Positions 11,195 through 22,344 of a stretch of DNA of 64,000 nucleotides are shown here, in pieces; the stretch's first letter is position 1; each line of letters begins with the position of its first letter. Origin of the DNA: Candidatus Hydrogenedentota bacterium (lineage in GTDB: Bacteria > Hydrogenedentota > Hydrogenedentia > Hydrogenedentales > SLHB01). The stretch covers positions 9,914 through 73,913 of the forward strand of contig BTWA01000030.1 of assembly GCA_045863295.1 (NCBI GenBank), written 5' to 3'. The notes beneath the pieces are model-generated. The model searched no databases and was not told where the DNA came from. It saw only the letters and a list, made by a program, of their open reading frames with translations. The position numbers and the translations under genes are program-made.

Positions 11195-13543
11195 TCACTG
11201 AAAACTGCTCACGATGGCGCCTGGCGGCGGCGCTGTGCTCTCCATCGTGACGATCGACCCTTGGGGCGATGCCGAGAAATAGGCTTTTTGCATTTCGCCC
11301 GGGGTGGAGGCACCGCCTTGCGAAATCACGATTAGGCGCCGGGGCGCAATCAAAACAGCGGCGGTGACGGCATCGCCAACGCTACGGATAGACGGTAAGT
11401 AGAATCGGTTGGCCCACACCGCATCGTCGTCCAGATTCGCCGTACGCAGGTCCACCGCCGTGACGGGAATGTTCGTATCGAGCGCGGATGCAAACAGAGC
11501 CCAGACGCCGGCATCCTCCAGTCCGAGTAAACCAACGGCTTCCGAGGATCCCAGTTTGCCACGCAGAAACGCGACCGCCGTCAATACATCTTGAATGCGA
11601 TAGGCCGTATCGGTTGGCAGGAAAGTGTCTGGAAACGCCTTCACGGTCCGGGTTACGGATTCCTTGGGGCCTTGGTTTTCGCCTACTAGCAGGGGATCCA
11701 CCGTCAAAACGGCAAATCCTGCCTTCACGAACACGTTGATGTATTCGCCGGGCACACCACGCGACAGATCGGCGAGCGCTCCCTTTCCTCGTCCATGCAC
11801 CATAACGACCCCCTTGCCGTTCGCGTTGGCCGCGGGTGTGTACAAGATGGCCGGCAGACTGTCTCCGACGCCGTCCCGCCCCAGAATCAGGTGTTCGCGC
11901 ACATGGGCGTCAAACGTATCCGTGGCAAGCGAGGCACCCAGTACGGATTTGGGATCGGGAACGCTTGCGGCGATGATGTCGTTCAATGCAGGGCCATAGG
12001 CAGTTCGGAACGCTTCAAGGGCCAGTTCGCCCTTGGGCAACAGCGCTTTCCACTTCGTGGCGTACGCGGCTTTCATGCTCCTCATCACTTCTTCGCCGCT
12101 GGGATAGCCGGACGGCACCTGCTTTTCCTTATTGAGGAGCATGGCTTCGTCGGCATCCACTTCAAACGGGGGTTCGGTGAAATCCTTGTATTGATCGGCC
12201 TTGTCGATCACCCATTTGCCGAAAAACTTGTACACAGCCTCGCGGCTTGCCTGATTGTAGTTGTGAGGGGCATCGACGTGAGCGTGTGCGAGCCGATCCT
12301 CGGATCCGTAGAGGGCGTATATGCCCTTGATTGCCGGGTACTCCACGTCCGTCGTGGCGCGTGTCCAGTCGCCGCTGGCTGACACCATTAACATGGGCCG
12401 GGGCGCGGTCAGGGCGCCGATTTCCATGTTGCTCGCGTGAATGCGAATCAGGGGCGCATTCTCGCAGATGCAGCCACCTTGCATCGTATGGCTGATCATG
12501 TTTACGGGCGAGGCAATCTTCACGCGCGGATCGATCGCGGTGACGATAAAAGTTTGCGTGCCTCCACCCGACGCGCCGGTGCACGCGATGTTTTCTCTAT
12601 TCACATACGGGAGTTCCTGCATCAAATCAATGACGCGCAGGCTGGTCAGGGTCTGCATGGCGAACGGATGAAGCCCGTAGAGGAGGCGAATTCGCCTTTC
12701 TTGATCGTTGTTGTCCTCCGTGCCCATGTCGTGCTTGAACTGAACGCTGTCGTTGTATCCGATCATGTCGTAGGCAAAGGCCACCATGCCCATACGGGCG
12801 AAGGTAATGCACCTTCCGGGGACGGATCCGCGCTCGGCATTCTCCAGGCGCCCGCGCTCCCAATGTCCGTGAGGGCAAATTACCGCCGGAAACGGTCCAT
12901 CGCCTTTGGGTCGATACAAATTGCCGGAGGCAAGAAATCCAGGAAAGGGTTCAAAGTAGATTTTTTCCACAATATAGTCGCCGTGATCCGCGACGGGTTC
13001 AATCCTGGCGTTCAGCGGGTTCTTCTCGGGCAAAGGCAGCAGACCGCACGCCACCTGTATCGTTCGGCGCAGGTCGCTGGCAAACATCTCCCACGATTCC
13101 TTCGACTCAAAGGGGGTCATGGCAAAGGTTGTGTTCGTTTCGCGTTCGATGCCCAGACGCGCGTCGGTCGGCGGCGCGGCGGATGTTTGCGCGCGGATAT
13201 TTCCCATTGCCGTTGCCGGATCGAATCCCGGAACGGCGGACAGCGCGACGGTTGCAACCGGGCCTTCCACCGAAATGGTGACGGCGCTTGCCCCGAGCGT
13301 TATGGTACCCGCCTGCGTCCAGACGTGGGTGTCTGACGCATTGGCGGCCGCCTGCAAAGGCATGGTTGACCCATTGACCGTGACGGAAGCCGGCATTGCG
13401 GGATGAGTCCAGGCCCAGACCGTATACTCGGCGGGCTGCGAGATTTGAAACGCGGCGTCAGGAAGATCGACGGAATCTGCCCAGATGACGCCTCGCGCTT
13501 CGTACGTAACTGCCAGGGCAATGGAAAGTACTGCTGCGATCAT
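11195..13543 (-). CDS. Secreted alpha/beta-hydrolase, acetyl xylan esterase-like (two hydrolase-like domains)
   Basis: Signal peptide MIAAVLSIALA; GPFPAVICPHGH, GASGGGTQT nucleophile elbow, GGCICENAP, APHNYN. Second domain has a degenerate elbow. Start re-set to 13543. Confidence 0.75.
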   Translation of the reverse strand: MIAAVLSIALAVTYEARGVIWADSVDLPDAAFQISQPAEYTVWAWTHPAMPASVTVNGSTMPLQAAANASDTHVWTQAGTITLGASAVTISVEGPVATVALSAVPGFDPATAMGNIRAQTSAAPPTDARLGIERETNTTFAMTPFESKESWEMFASDLRRTIQVACGLLPLPEKNPLNARIEPVADHGDYIVEKIYFEPFPGFLASGNLYRPKGDGPFPAVICPHGHWERGRLENAERGSVPGRCITFARMGMVAFAYDMIGYNDSVQFKHDMGTEDNNDQERRIRLLYGLHPFAMQTLTSLRVIDLMQELPYVNRENIACTGASGGGTQTFIVTAIDPRVKIASPVNMISHTMQGGCICENAPLIRIHASNMEIGALTAPRPMLMVSASGDWTRATTDVEYPAIKGIYALYGSEDRLAHAHVDAPHNYNQASREAVYKFFGKWVIDKADQYKDFTEPPFEVDADEAMLLNKEKQVPSGYPSGEEVMRSMKAAYATKWKALLPKGELALEAFRTAYGPALNDIIAASVPDPKSVLGASLATDTFDAHVREHLILGRDGVGDSLPAILYTPAANANGKGVVMVHGRGKGALADLSRGVPGEYINVFVKAGFAVLTVDPLLVGENQGPKESVTRTVKAFPDTFLPTDTAYRIQDVLTAVAFLRGKLGSSEAVGLLGLEDAGVWALFASALDTNIPVTAVDLRTANLDDDAVWANRFYLPSIRSVGDAVTAAVLIAPRRLIVISQGGASTPGEMQKAYFSASPQGSIVTMESTAPPPGAIVSSFQ

Positions 13544-13706
13544 GAGCACCGTCTCCTTCTGTTTCGGAACGAGCAGGATACTGCGAACCGACGGCGGATG
13601 TGAAGCGGCTGACGGCAGACTTTCCTTTTGGGGGGGACGGCGGAACATCGCCGGGCCGCCTTCGGCAAGCGAATCGTAACGGCCGGACTACTTGAAAGAT
13701 GCCGAT

Positions 13707-15209
13707 TTACCGGTTAAGGAGCTTCCGGCCTTCGGTTCCCTTGATGCCGGTAGTCACCCGGACAAATGCCTCTTCGTCGCGGCACGCCGAGATGGCTTCC
13801 TCGCGTTCGACAATGCCTTTTCTGAAGAGCTCCACGGCGTACTGGTCGAAGCTCTTCATATCGTTGTCCACTTCAATGATGTTGTGTAGGCGTTCGATCT
13901 CGCCTTCGAGGATGGCATCGCGCACCATGGGCAAGTTGCACAACAGCAGTTCAACGCAGGGAATGCGGCCGCCACCTTTCCGCTTGAGCAACCGTTGACA
14001 ACACACGCCGCGCAGGGTAAATGCCAATTCCTGACGGATCACGTCGCGTTCATCGTTCGGGAAATAACTGATGATGCGGTTGACCGTATCCACGGCGGTC
14101 ATGGTGTGCAGCGTGCTAAACACCAGGTGGCCTGTAGACGCGGCGCTCATGGCCGTTCGGATCGTATCCCGGTCGCGCATCTCGCCGACAAGGATGACAT
14201 CCGGATCTTCGCGGAGCGCACCGCGCAGCGCATTGGCGAACGAGTGCGTGTCGCGCCCGACTTGCCGTTGTGAAATGATGGACTTCTTGTCGGAGTACAC
14301 AAACTCGATGGGGTCTTCGACGGTAATGATGTGCGCGCTGCGGGTGGAATTGATGTAATCCACGAGCGAAGCCAGGGTGGTGGATTTGCCGGAGCCCGTC
14401 ACGCCGCACACCAGAAACAACCCGCGGTGCGCATTGGCCACGTCGCGAATCTGCGACGGCAGGTCAAGTTTCTCAAAGGGATATGGGCTCTCGGGGATAA
14501 ATCGAATGGCCAGTGCCATCGCGCCCATTTTGACAAATCCCGAACACCGCAAATAGCCGACACCTGCAAGGTGATACTGAAAACTGGATTCCTTTTCCGT
14601 CAACAAGTAGTCCACTTCGGCCTGTCCGCCGAGTTGATAGACCACTTCTGTCATATCTTCGGCGCTCATGGGCGGGAGGTCGAGGGGTTTCAATTCGCTG
14701 TCAATGCGCATGTAGGGCGGGCAGCCCGCGCGCATATGAATGTCCGACCCCTTGTTCTCCATCATTTGTTCGATCAGCATGTTGATGTTGAAATCAATTC
14801 GCTTGAACGACTTGATGGTTACATGCCACGAACGGGAGCGCAACGATTCCCGCGTAAATTCCTCGACCGCCGCATCTACAGGAAACAATTGCTTGAGTTG
14901 CCCCCACTCGAAGGCAGGCAGAGTCACGCCCCATTGGCCGTCGTTCAATGCGACCTGATTGGGGATATTCAGGGCATTGAGCTTATTGCGAAGCCCCTCC
15001 GGATCGGCCCCGTCCTTGGGTTGGAAAGTGAGACGAAAGAAATCGACTCGCTTGCCGAAGTCTTTGGATCGGGCGACCATTTCGCCGCGATCGCTCTTGA
15101 GCGACAATTCAAGCGGAAGCCCCATCTTCTTAACGACTTCATGCACGCCGGTATGAAAGACTTCGAAGATCGTGCTCTTGGAGTTTGTACCGATTACCAT
15201 CGCGGACAT
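13707..15209 (-). CDS. PilT/PilU family type IV pilus retraction ATPase with N-terminal extension
   Basis: SDIHMRAG, GVTGSGKSTTLAS, TVEDPIEF, ALREDPDVILVGEMRD, TGHLVFSTLHT. About 140 extra N-terminal residues. Start 15209 or 15272. Confidence 0.88.
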   Translation of the reverse strand: MSAMVIGTNSKSTIFEVFHTGVHEVVKKMGLPLELSLKSDRGEMVARSKDFGKRVDFFRLTFQPKDGADPEGLRNKLNALNIPNQVALNDGQWGVTLPAFEWGQLKQLFPVDAAVEEFTRESLRSRSWHVTIKSFKRIDFNINMLIEQMMENKGSDIHMRAGCPPYMRIDSELKPLDLPPMSAEDMTEVVYQLGGQAEVDYLLTEKESSFQYHLAGVGYLRCSGFVKMGAMALAIRFIPESPYPFEKLDLPSQIRDVANAHRGLFLVCGVTGSGKSTTLASLVDYINSTRSAHIITVEDPIEFVYSDKKSIISQRQVGRDTHSFANALRGALREDPDVILVGEMRDRDTIRTAMSAASTGHLVFSTLHTMTAVDTVNRIISYFPNDERDVIRQELAFTLRGVCCQRLLKRKGGGRIPCVELLLCNLPMVRDAILEGEIERLHNIIEVDNDMKSFDQYAVELFRKGIVEREEAISACRDEEAFVRVTTGIKGTEGRKLLNR

Positions 15210-15343
15210 AGCACAGCGTCCTTCGTATATTTCGATCCGGGTTGCGTCCCCGGAATCCGCGCCCACAAACACAAAAGGCTGGAAAATCTACCAAACGCTT
15301 CGCGGATCAGTCAAAGGAATCGAAATGGAACGGACTTTTGACC

Positions 15344-15862
15344 TTAGCGTTGAGTGAAGATGGGTTTGCCGTCTTCATCATGAAACCACATGATTGGACC
15401 TTGATCGTCGACTTTGACAAAGAAGCGGCCCTTGTCATTTTTGTCGCGCAAGTTGAACAGGGGCTCATCGTTAGTGACCTGGAGGAAGACCCGCCCCTTA
15501 TCTTGTGCGTCGCGCATACTGAGGAGAGGTTCTTTCTCGTCAACTTGGAGAAAAATGCGGGATTCCCCCTTTGCATCGCGCAAATTGAACATGGCAGTAC
15601 CCTGGGCCGTGATTCCGGTCCAGATGCGAGTAATTTGGTTGGCATCAGACATCGTCAGCCGGACATTGTTTCCGGAATCGACGCCGAGACTGGCCCGCAC
15701 GTTGCCATCGGCGTCGATGAGGCGGAACTCGCTGGCTTCCAGTCCAGAACCGGCGGCCGCGAACACGGGGGTGGCTGAAAACAGGTGAATGGATACGGCG
15801 CCGCCCAAGAAGCTCATGGACATGGCGGCAACGAGCGTGATGCCGAATTGTGTTTTGGACAT
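15344..15862 (-). CDS. Secreted hypothetical protein with about six 22-23 aa beta-rich tandem repeats
   Basis: Hydrophobic N-terminus; repeats of the form (F/L)xLxDxxGxxRxxLxV. Confidence 0.7.
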   Translation of the reverse strand: MSKTQFGITLVAAMSMSFLGGAVSIHLFSATPVFAAAGSGLEASEFRLIDADGNVRASLGVDSGNNVRLTMSDANQITRIWTGITAQGTAMFNLRDAKGESRIFLQVDEKEPLLSMRDAQDKGRVFLQVTNDEPLFNLRDKNDKGRFFVKVDDQGPIMWFHDEDGKPIFTQR

Positions 15863-16003
15863 AGCAGGTCCCCTTCCTGTGTCTCAAATGCATTTCACTT
15901 GCCGTCGGCCCATCCGCTGTGGGCCGCACTTGTCGCGAAGGATCGAATCATACACGACAAAGCGCCGCGATAGGAACCCAACTGCGTTGTCCACGCTTGA
16001 GAG

Positions 16004-17713
16004 TTACATAAGAGGAATGGCGAGGGTATTCATGACTTTGTAGAGGTACGTCACGATTTCTTTGGAGCTCACACCATCGGAACCGGGAAAACTGCCCACG
16101 CTTCGATAGTTGGCGTAGAAGTCTTCGTGGTCCGTGGGGACCGGCTCCTTGCCGGGGATAAGTTCGAAACTGCTCGTATTCTTGAGCGGCCAGATATCGA
16201 CCGGAGAGAGGCCGGAGAGGCCTTCTAGCAGGGCATTCACCTCGGCCAGCGGCACCTGCCGTTTTGCAATGACCCAACTTGAACCCGCCCCGGTCGTGCT
16301 GAGTATAGACTCTTGCACGGCCTTCGCTACGCGCGCATCCTCGACAAATAGGCCCATTTCCGAATTAAGATTCTCCGAGCGGGGATCAATGTTGAAGGTG
16401 CCGATGTAGGCGATTCTCGCGTCGCGTACGAAAGACTTTGCGTGAATGGAGACGAATGGTTTGCCGCTGCTCTTTTCGAGAGCACGCCTTTCCAGGTCGG
16501 CATAATTCGGCAAACGGGCCAGCAGATCTTCGGGGTGCGGCTTGATTTCGTGCACCTGGAACTGGAGCTTTTCGATATAGACGGAGCGCAGCTTGAAATT
16601 CGCGGAATAGGCCAGGGTATTGTCCGTCGCGGCAAAGCTGTTCGTGGCGACAATGATGTCCATCGTTGGATTGCGTTTTCGCATACGGCGGAACATCCAC
16701 CTTGCGCTTCGATCCAGAATTAGATAAGGGCTTTGAATCACAAGACTCGATTCCGTGCCGCGCATGACGTCACGGACTTCCTTCGTATGGCGGCCTCCGC
16801 CCCATATGCCAATGGAGGAATTCTTTCCCGGCGGGTCCCAATTGAACCACGCTTTGTCGGCGCGATAGAACCGGTCGACAAAGCGCGTGCGAATGTAGTC
16901 GCCATTGGAGGCATCGGCATCCACATCGTCGAAGAATCCATTGAGGTTATATCCGGCCCTGTCAGCGGGTCTGTTGAATTCGTTCCGCTCAATTACGCGG
17001 GCCACGTCGAGCAGATTTGCCGCTGGAATGGAGCGGCGGTCTTTCCAGAATTCTTCGAAGGATTCGCCGATATCCGGCAACAGCGGGCCGATGACAAGGG
17101 CATCACGATCGAGAAAGTTGTAGGTCAAGCTGTGGTTGTAATAGTGGTTGTCGATGTTGCGGCCGCCCATCAGCGCAATCATGTTGTCGATTAAGAACAG
17201 TTTGTTATGCATTCGCTGGTTCTGGCCGCGAAAGAACAACACGTGACTGACGGCCAAACTGATCGTGTCCGGGTCAATCTGCTTCGCCGGCGGACGGTAG
17301 TACTTCAACTCAAAATTGGGATGCGCGGTGGCGAGAAACGCGACGAAGTCGCGATCCTTGGAAGACATGAAGTGATCGGCCAACAAACGCACCTTCACGC
17401 CGCGGGCCGCGGCCTGAATGAGTTCGTACATGAGCAGACGGCCGCACTCGTCGTTTTCAAGAATGAACGTTTGAATATCGATGGTGTGCCGGGCCGCGCG
17501 AATCAGATGGACGCGAAGCACCAGCGCTTGATAGCCGTCGTCGATGACGCCAACGTAATTGCCGCGCGTCACGTCATCCTTCTTATCGGCGACACGGTGG
17601 TGCGCTTCGGCGAAGGTATACAGCGGAGACGCCGCGCCGAGTGCCGCCGGCACTATCAGCAGCAAGGCCAGTATGAGTGATCTCAATTGAATCACCGTTT
17701 GCTCCCATGTCAC
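16004..17713 (-). CDS. Phospholipase D family protein (ClsC/YmdC-like)
   Basis: Two HKD motifs ([20 protein letters not shown]), [20 protein letters not shown], and a signal-peptide-like N-terminus. Confidence 0.88.
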   Translation of the reverse strand: MTWEQTVIQLRSLILALLLIVPAALGAASPLYTFAEAHHRVADKKDDVTRGNYVGVIDDGYQALVLRVHLIRAARHTIDIQTFILENDECGRLLMYELIQAAARGVKVRLLADHFMSSKDRDFVAFLATAHPNFELKYYRPPAKQIDPDTISLAVSHVLFFRGQNQRMHNKLFLIDNMIALMGGRNIDNHYYNHSLTYNFLDRDALVIGPLLPDIGESFEEFWKDRRSIPAANLLDVARVIERNEFNRPADRAGYNLNGFFDDVDADASNGDYIRTRFVDRFYRADKAWFNWDPPGKNSSIGIWGGGRHTKEVRDVMRGTESSLVIQSPYLILDRSARWMFRRMRKRNPTMDIIVATNSFAATDNTLAYSANFKLRSVYIEKLQFQVHEIKPHPEDLLARLPNYADLERRALEKSSGKPFVSIHAKSFVRDARIAYIGTFNIDPRSENLNSEMGLFVEDARVAKAVQESILSTTGAGSSWVIAKRQVPLAEVNALLEGLSGLSPVDIWPLKNTSSFELIPGKEPVPTDHEDFYANYRSVGSFPGSDGVSSKEIVTYLYKVMNTLAIPLM

Positions 17714-17873
17714 TCACCTGCGTAACGGTACGCTATCCCGGCGGGATCGTCAATGTGCGGGCGGGCCGGGTTTATTTCGCCCGTTCACACCACAGTGTGA
17801 CAACGTGCGCAAAAACAAGATAAGATCGCCTTTCCACACAATGGTCCACCAACAACGAGACGGTACAAGCACC

Positions 17874-18713
17874 ATGGCAGGCATTAAACTTGATGGCAAA
17901 GCGCTGGCAGGGCAGATAGAGACAGAACTGCAGGGGCGCGTCGAAGCACTGAAAACACGGACCGGCATCACGCCCATTCTGGCCACAATTCTTGTGGGGG
18001 ATGACCCCGCTTCGGCCACCTACGTGAAAATGAAAGGGAACGCCTGCCGCCGGGTGGGCATGGAATCCCGCAAGGTGGAATTGCCCGCCTCCACGACGAC
18101 GGAGGAGTTGCTTGCCGCCATTGCCGAATTGAACGCCGACCCTGGGGTGGCGGGCATCCTGTTGCAGCACCCCGTGCCCCACCAAATTGACGAGCGGGCT
18201 TGTTTCGATGCCATCCAACTGGAAAAGGACGTGGACGGGGTAACGTGCCTCGGGTTCGGCCGGATGGCCATGGGCGAGGCGGCGTACGGTTCCGCCACGC
18301 CGGCGGGCATTATGCGGCTGTTGAAGCATTACGCGATTGCGCTCTCCGGCAAGCGGGCCGTGGTGGTCGGGCGCAGTCCGATTCTGGGCAAGCCCATGGC
18401 GCTGATGCTCTTGAACGAGCATGCCACCGTGACGATCTGCCATTCCCGCACCAAAGACCTTGCGGACCTTGTGCGCCAAGCGGACATCATCGTAGGCGCG
18501 GTGGGACGGCCGGAGTTCATCCAAGGAGACTGGATCGCGGATGGCGCGGTGGTGGTGGATGCCGGGTATCACCCCGGCAACGTGGGAGACATCCAGGTGT
18601 CGGCTATCGTGGATCGGTGTGCGGCGTACACACCGGTGCCCGGCGGAGTCGGACCAATGACTATATCGACGTTGATTGCGCAGACGGTGGAAGCGGCCGA
18701 AAAGGCATTCTGA
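17874..18713 (+). CDS. folD: Bifunctional methylenetetrahydrofolate dehydrogenase/cyclohydrolase
   Basis: [49 protein letters not shown]. Confidence 0.96.
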   Translation: MAGIKLDGKALAGQIETELQGRVEALKTRTGITPILATILVGDDPASATYVKMKGNACRRVGMESRKVELPASTTTEELLAAIAELNADPGVAGILLQHPVPHQIDERACFDAIQLEKDVDGVTCLGFGRMAMGEAAYGSATPAGIMRLLKHYAIALSGKRAVVVGRSPILGKPMALMLLNEHATVTICHSRTKDLADLVRQADIIVGAVGRPEFIQGDWIADGAVVVDAGYHPGNVGDIQVSAIVDRCAAYTPVPGGVGPMTISTLIAQTVEAAEKAF

Positions 18714-18742
18714 CAGATTTCCAATCTCTGAAGGAGTTGACC

Positions 18743-19639
18743 ATGGAAACGAGGCATTTGGGAAAGACCGACCTCCGGGTCACGGTGCTGGGATTTGGCG
18801 GCGCGGAAATCGGCTTTGAACAGGCTGGTCCAAAGCAGGTCGAAGATCTGCTGAACCGCGCGCTGGATGAAGGCATGAACGTAATAGACACGGCACGGAT
18901 GTATCTCGCGAGCGAAGAGATGATCGGCAAGGCGGTGAGTCACCGCCGGGACGAATTCTATCTGTTCACCAAGTGCGGCCAGAACGGCCTGCCGGAATCC
19001 GAGATGTGGAAACCGGTCAATCTCATGAAGGATATCGAGGCCAGCCTGAAGTTGCTGAAAACCGATTATCTTGATCTGGTGCAGTTGCACAGTTGCAGCC
19101 TGGATGTGTTGAAGCATCTGGACGCCATCACCACCCTGCAAAAGGCAAAGGAAAAGGGCTACACCCGTTATATCGGCTACAGCGGCGAGGAAGAAGCCGC
19201 CAAGTTTGCGTGTGAAACCGAGGCGTTCGACACGCTGCAGACGAGCGTGAACATCGCGGACCAGCGGACGATCGATTACGTGTTGCCGGTCGCGAAACAG
19301 AAGCGCATGGGCGTAATTGCGAAACGGCCTATCGCCAACGCCGTGTGGAAGCACAAGACCAAACCGGACAACGCATATCATCACGAATACTGGGACCGCA
19401 TCCAAAAGCTGAACTACGAGTTCTTGAGGGGCGAGGTGAACGACGGAGTCTCCACCGCATTGCGTTTCACATTGACCGTGCCCGAGGTCGATACGGCCAT
19501 TGTGGGGACCACGAAACCGGATCGGTGGTCCGAGAACGCGGAATACGCCTCGCGCGGAACGTTGACCGTCGAGGAGTTTGCCCGCATCCGGCAGGTCTGG
19601 AAGCAAGTTGCCCCGCCGGATTGGCTCGGGCAGGTTTGA
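18743..19639 (+). CDS. Aldo/keto reductase
   Basis: LGKTDLRVTVLGFGG, IDTARMY, FTKCG, LKTDYLDLVQLH. AAGGAG RBS before the ATG at 18743. Confidence 0.9.
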   Translation: METRHLGKTDLRVTVLGFGGAEIGFEQAGPKQVEDLLNRALDEGMNVIDTARMYLASEEMIGKAVSHRRDEFYLFTKCGQNGLPESEMWKPVNLMKDIEASLKLLKTDYLDLVQLHSCSLDVLKHLDAITTLQKAKEKGYTRYIGYSGEEEAAKFACETEAFDTLQTSVNIADQRTIDYVLPVAKQKRMGVIAKRPIANAVWKHKTKPDNAYHHEYWDRIQKLNYEFLRGEVNDGVSTALRFTLTVPEVDTAIVGTTKPDRWSENAEYASRGTLTVEEFARIRQVWKQVAPPDWLGQV

Positions 19640-19797
19640 GTGGCAGTGAAGCACTCGGAGGGTGGCGGGTGAAACTTGCGGTCGCAGGCCACAAGACACT
19701 CCTTTCGAAAGCGAAAGGTTGCCGTATCGCACGGCCCGAACGTCCACGGGGTTTTTCAGCCTTCCGGGAGCAACGAATCGCTTTCCTTGCGCCCAAA

Positions 19798-19827
19798 TTG
19801 ACACTACCGATTGCCAAATGCTACAGT
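19798..19827 (+). promoter_or_regulatory. Sigma70-type promoter for tRNA-Glu
   Basis: TTGACA (19798-19803), 18-nt spacer ending TGC, TACAGT (19822-19827). Confidence 0.6.
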
Positions 19828-19875
19828 ATTGTCTCACACGCCGGGCGCTTTATGCCGCCCGGTTTGTCGTGTTGC

Positions 19876-19953
19876 GGCCCCATCGTCTAGCCTGGCCTAG
19901 GACACCACGCTTTCAATGTGGCGACACGGGTTCAAATCCCGTTGGGGCCGCCA
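19876..19953 (+). tRNA. tRNA-Glu (TTC)
   Basis: Acceptor stem GGCCCCA/TGGGGCC, discriminator G and encoded CCA; anticodon arm CCACG-CT TTC AA-TGTGG; T-arm CGGG-TTCAAAT-CCCG. Confidence 0.96.
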
Positions 19954-20058
19954 TTTCTGTTTATTCCCCGCCTGATATGCGAGCCGCGAAATGAATGTGG
20001 AAATAGTCCACAAATTACCCAGATAAGCGTGGATTGGATACAGGGAAGATTCCCTCAG

Positions 20059-20808
20059 TCACCGGCCCAATGGTGCGAGTCCTGCGGCCATCGCTGCTAT
20101 CCACACGGCAATACCCACGGATGCGGTGAGCAATGTCTGCCAGTTATCGCGGCCGTACTGGCGAAGCGTGGCGATCCCAGTCTTTTTCTGCACGAATGCG
20201 TCGAAGCCGATGCCCATAGCAAGAAAAGTCAACATTGCGCCCATGATGCTCCATAGTTCGAAGCGGGGCAGCACCACAACGCCGATGGCAACCACGGCAA
20301 CCGCACCCAAGCCGAAACCAGACCAGACCATCCCGTAGAAGTACGATCCTCGTTCGGATCGCTGCTCCAACTCGCAGTTGTGCCGTACACGCGCCTCAAT
20401 GGCTTGACGGATTCCTTCCATGTCTTCCCATCCAGATAGCCAGACGCCGGGCCATCGATTCGCGCGCAATACAATGCGGGATAGTGCATTCGATTTGTCG
20501 CGATGAAACTCCACCTTGCGCACTTCCGAAAGGCGGATGCGGTTCGCAAGCGCTGGAGTGCCGATGACGAGTTCGTCGTTCCCAATCCGTAGCACGTGCG
20601 CGGTTAAAGTTCGCATCGCGGCCCGCCGGCCCAAGACACTGAGTACCGCAATGCCAATAACCGTGAGTGCACTGCTCGCAACGCCGAATGAGAGACGGTC
20701 GGACCACGCAAGGCACCCGTACAGAAAGCAGAATATTAGCGGGACAACCACGCCCGGAATCAGCGAAAGCCGTCGGCAATGGTTCTCTGTATAGTGAAAC
20801 TCTCGCAT
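20059..20808 (-). CDS. Hypothetical membrane protein, paralog 1 of tandem family (TM + PH-like domain + TM)
   Basis: 2 TM, then VLRIG...RIVL...LSGWEDM, then C-terminal TMs; motifs shared with the neighbours. Confidence 0.7.
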   Translation of the reverse strand: MREFHYTENHCRRLSLIPGVVVPLIFCFLYGCLAWSDRLSFGVASSALTVIGIAVLSVLGRRAAMRTLTAHVLRIGNDELVIGTPALANRIRLSEVRKVEFHRDKSNALSRIVLRANRWPGVWLSGWEDMEGIRQAIEARVRHNCELEQRSERGSYFYGMVWSGFGLGAVAVVAIGVVVLPRFELWSIMGAMLTFLAMGIGFDAFVQKKTGIATLRQYGRDNWQTLLTASVGIAVWIAAMAAGLAPLGR

Positions 20809-20810
20809 GT

Positions 20811-21482
20811 TCAGTTCCTTCTGATATGCCGCCGCCTCACATAGAGCACGACGCCAATAGCCAGACCGAGAATCGTCGTCAATACGGCTATTGACTCTTC
20901 GTGCGATTCACCGATCGGAAAGAAGTTCATCAACAGCAGAAAACACGCGAGTGGGAGCACGACAATTACCGCAAAGATGGTCAGCGCGCGTGTCTCGGCG
21001 TAATAAGGGTTTGCCCGATACGACTCGTACACTTGGCAGTTGGCGGGTATGCGTTCCTTCATGGCAATTAGCAATCTGGGCATGTCTTCATATCCGGAAA
21101 GCGACAACCTGGATCGATCGTTTTCAATGCTTACGTCGATTCGCATCGGCGTACCATCCGTAAATAAGTAAACGTGCAAGCCGCGCACCGAAGCGAAGGA
21201 ATAGGTGCGTTCAATTCCCGACGGTCTGGTGATCCTGATCGCGTCGCCGATACGCAATACCAAACGGCACAGTCGTATCCGCCCCACGAATACCATGCCC
21301 GTGAACATTGCAAAGCCCACGATCAGGATAACCGCCACCACCGGAATAAACAGGGTGGAATTGCGCAACAGGGCAAGTGCCGTTATCACGAGTGCAAGTG
21401 ACATCAACGCGGCAATTACCGCGCTGACGAGCACGCTGTAGCGCGTTATAGTCAGATTTGAAAGGCGATAGTCTGTTTCCAA
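20811..21482 (-). CDS. Hypothetical membrane protein, paralog 2
   Basis: YRLS..I.R, 2 TM, VLRIGD, LSLSGYEDM, C-terminal TMs. Confidence 0.7.
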   Translation of the reverse strand: METDYRLSNLTITRYSVLVSAVIAALMSLALVITALALLRNSTLFIPVVAVILIVGFAMFTGMVFVGRIRLCRLVLRIGDAIRITRPSGIERTYSFASVRGLHVYLFTDGTPMRIDVSIENDRSRLSLSGYEDMPRLLIAMKERIPANCQVYESYRANPYYAETRALTIFAVIVVLPLACFLLLMNFFPIGESHEESIAVLTTILGLAIGVVLYVRRRHIRRN

Positions 21483-21604
21483 CTCTCAGCCTCCTGGTCA
21501 TCACGAATCAGGGATCAGAATACTGCCTTTCGGGCTTTCTGTAAATAGGGTTCTTGACCACCATGAAGCCAATTGCATAAGCAGAATCAAACCTCGCATT
21601 ACGG

Positions 21605-22189
21605 TCAATTCGAGAATGCTATGGCGTCCCAGACGGTCAGTGCAATCATTAGGAGCACAAACGCGATCAACATAACCCAACCCCACGACATCGGCCCGTA
21701 AACATAGTCTTCGCCGGGAGTTTCGATGCTGTATGTGCACACCTCGGGACCATGGGGCCGAATCGCCTCTGCCAAGGCAGACATGTTTTCGTAGTCTTTC
21801 AATGTGACGGTGCGGCCGTTTGCATCAAGCACGATTCTTTCGATCGAATCGTTCTTGTCCAAGTCAATCCGGATGCCGGTGATGGACTCGTACGGCAGTG
21901 CTTCACTTTTCCACATCTTGCTGAACTCGATTGCCCGATCGCCGAAGCGAACGCGCACGGAGCGCAACCGGGCTTCCATTTGCGACCAGCCAAAGCGAAC
22001 GCCGAAATACAAGATCACAAGATTCATTGGGACAATGATGAACAACAGCGGCAAGGAGTCACGCAGATAGAACCGAACGGCGAAAAACAAAACCAGGGCA
22101 GCCACGGAAAAATAACCTAGGGCGAAGTGCCGCTTACGAGCCCGATCGATCGCGAGTTCGCTAAGCAAAAACTCGTGGGGTAAAGACAT
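21605..22189 (-). CDS. Hypothetical membrane protein, paralog 3
   Basis: EFLLSELAIDR, 2 TM, VRFGD, RIVL, LKDYENM, C-terminal TM. Start re-set to the ATG at 22189. Confidence 0.7.
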   Translation of the reverse strand: MSLPHEFLLSELAIDRARKRHFALGYFSVAALVLFFAVRFYLRDSLPLLFIIVPMNLVILYFGVRFGWSQMEARLRSVRVRFGDRAIEFSKMWKSEALPYESITGIRIDLDKNDSIERIVLDANGRTVTLKDYENMSALAEAIRPHGPEVCTYSIETPGEDYVYGPMSWGWVMLIAFVLLMIALTVWDAIAFSN

Positions 22190-22344
22190 TGCCGTTCGCC
22201 TCACTAGTTTCTCTGCGTTACCGCCTATCGGTGAGTATCCGTTGAACAGCTGAAGAAAAAACGGGGACTTTCCCACAGATTACACCGATTAGACTCGAAT
22301 ACAATGTAAGTTCAATTTGGAGTGGACAGGATTGGGTCGACTAT

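Noticed and set aside
18200..18742. N-terminal extension of the 479-aa ORF
   Set aside because: It overlaps folD in another frame; the aldo/keto reductase starts at 18743 with a clear RBS.
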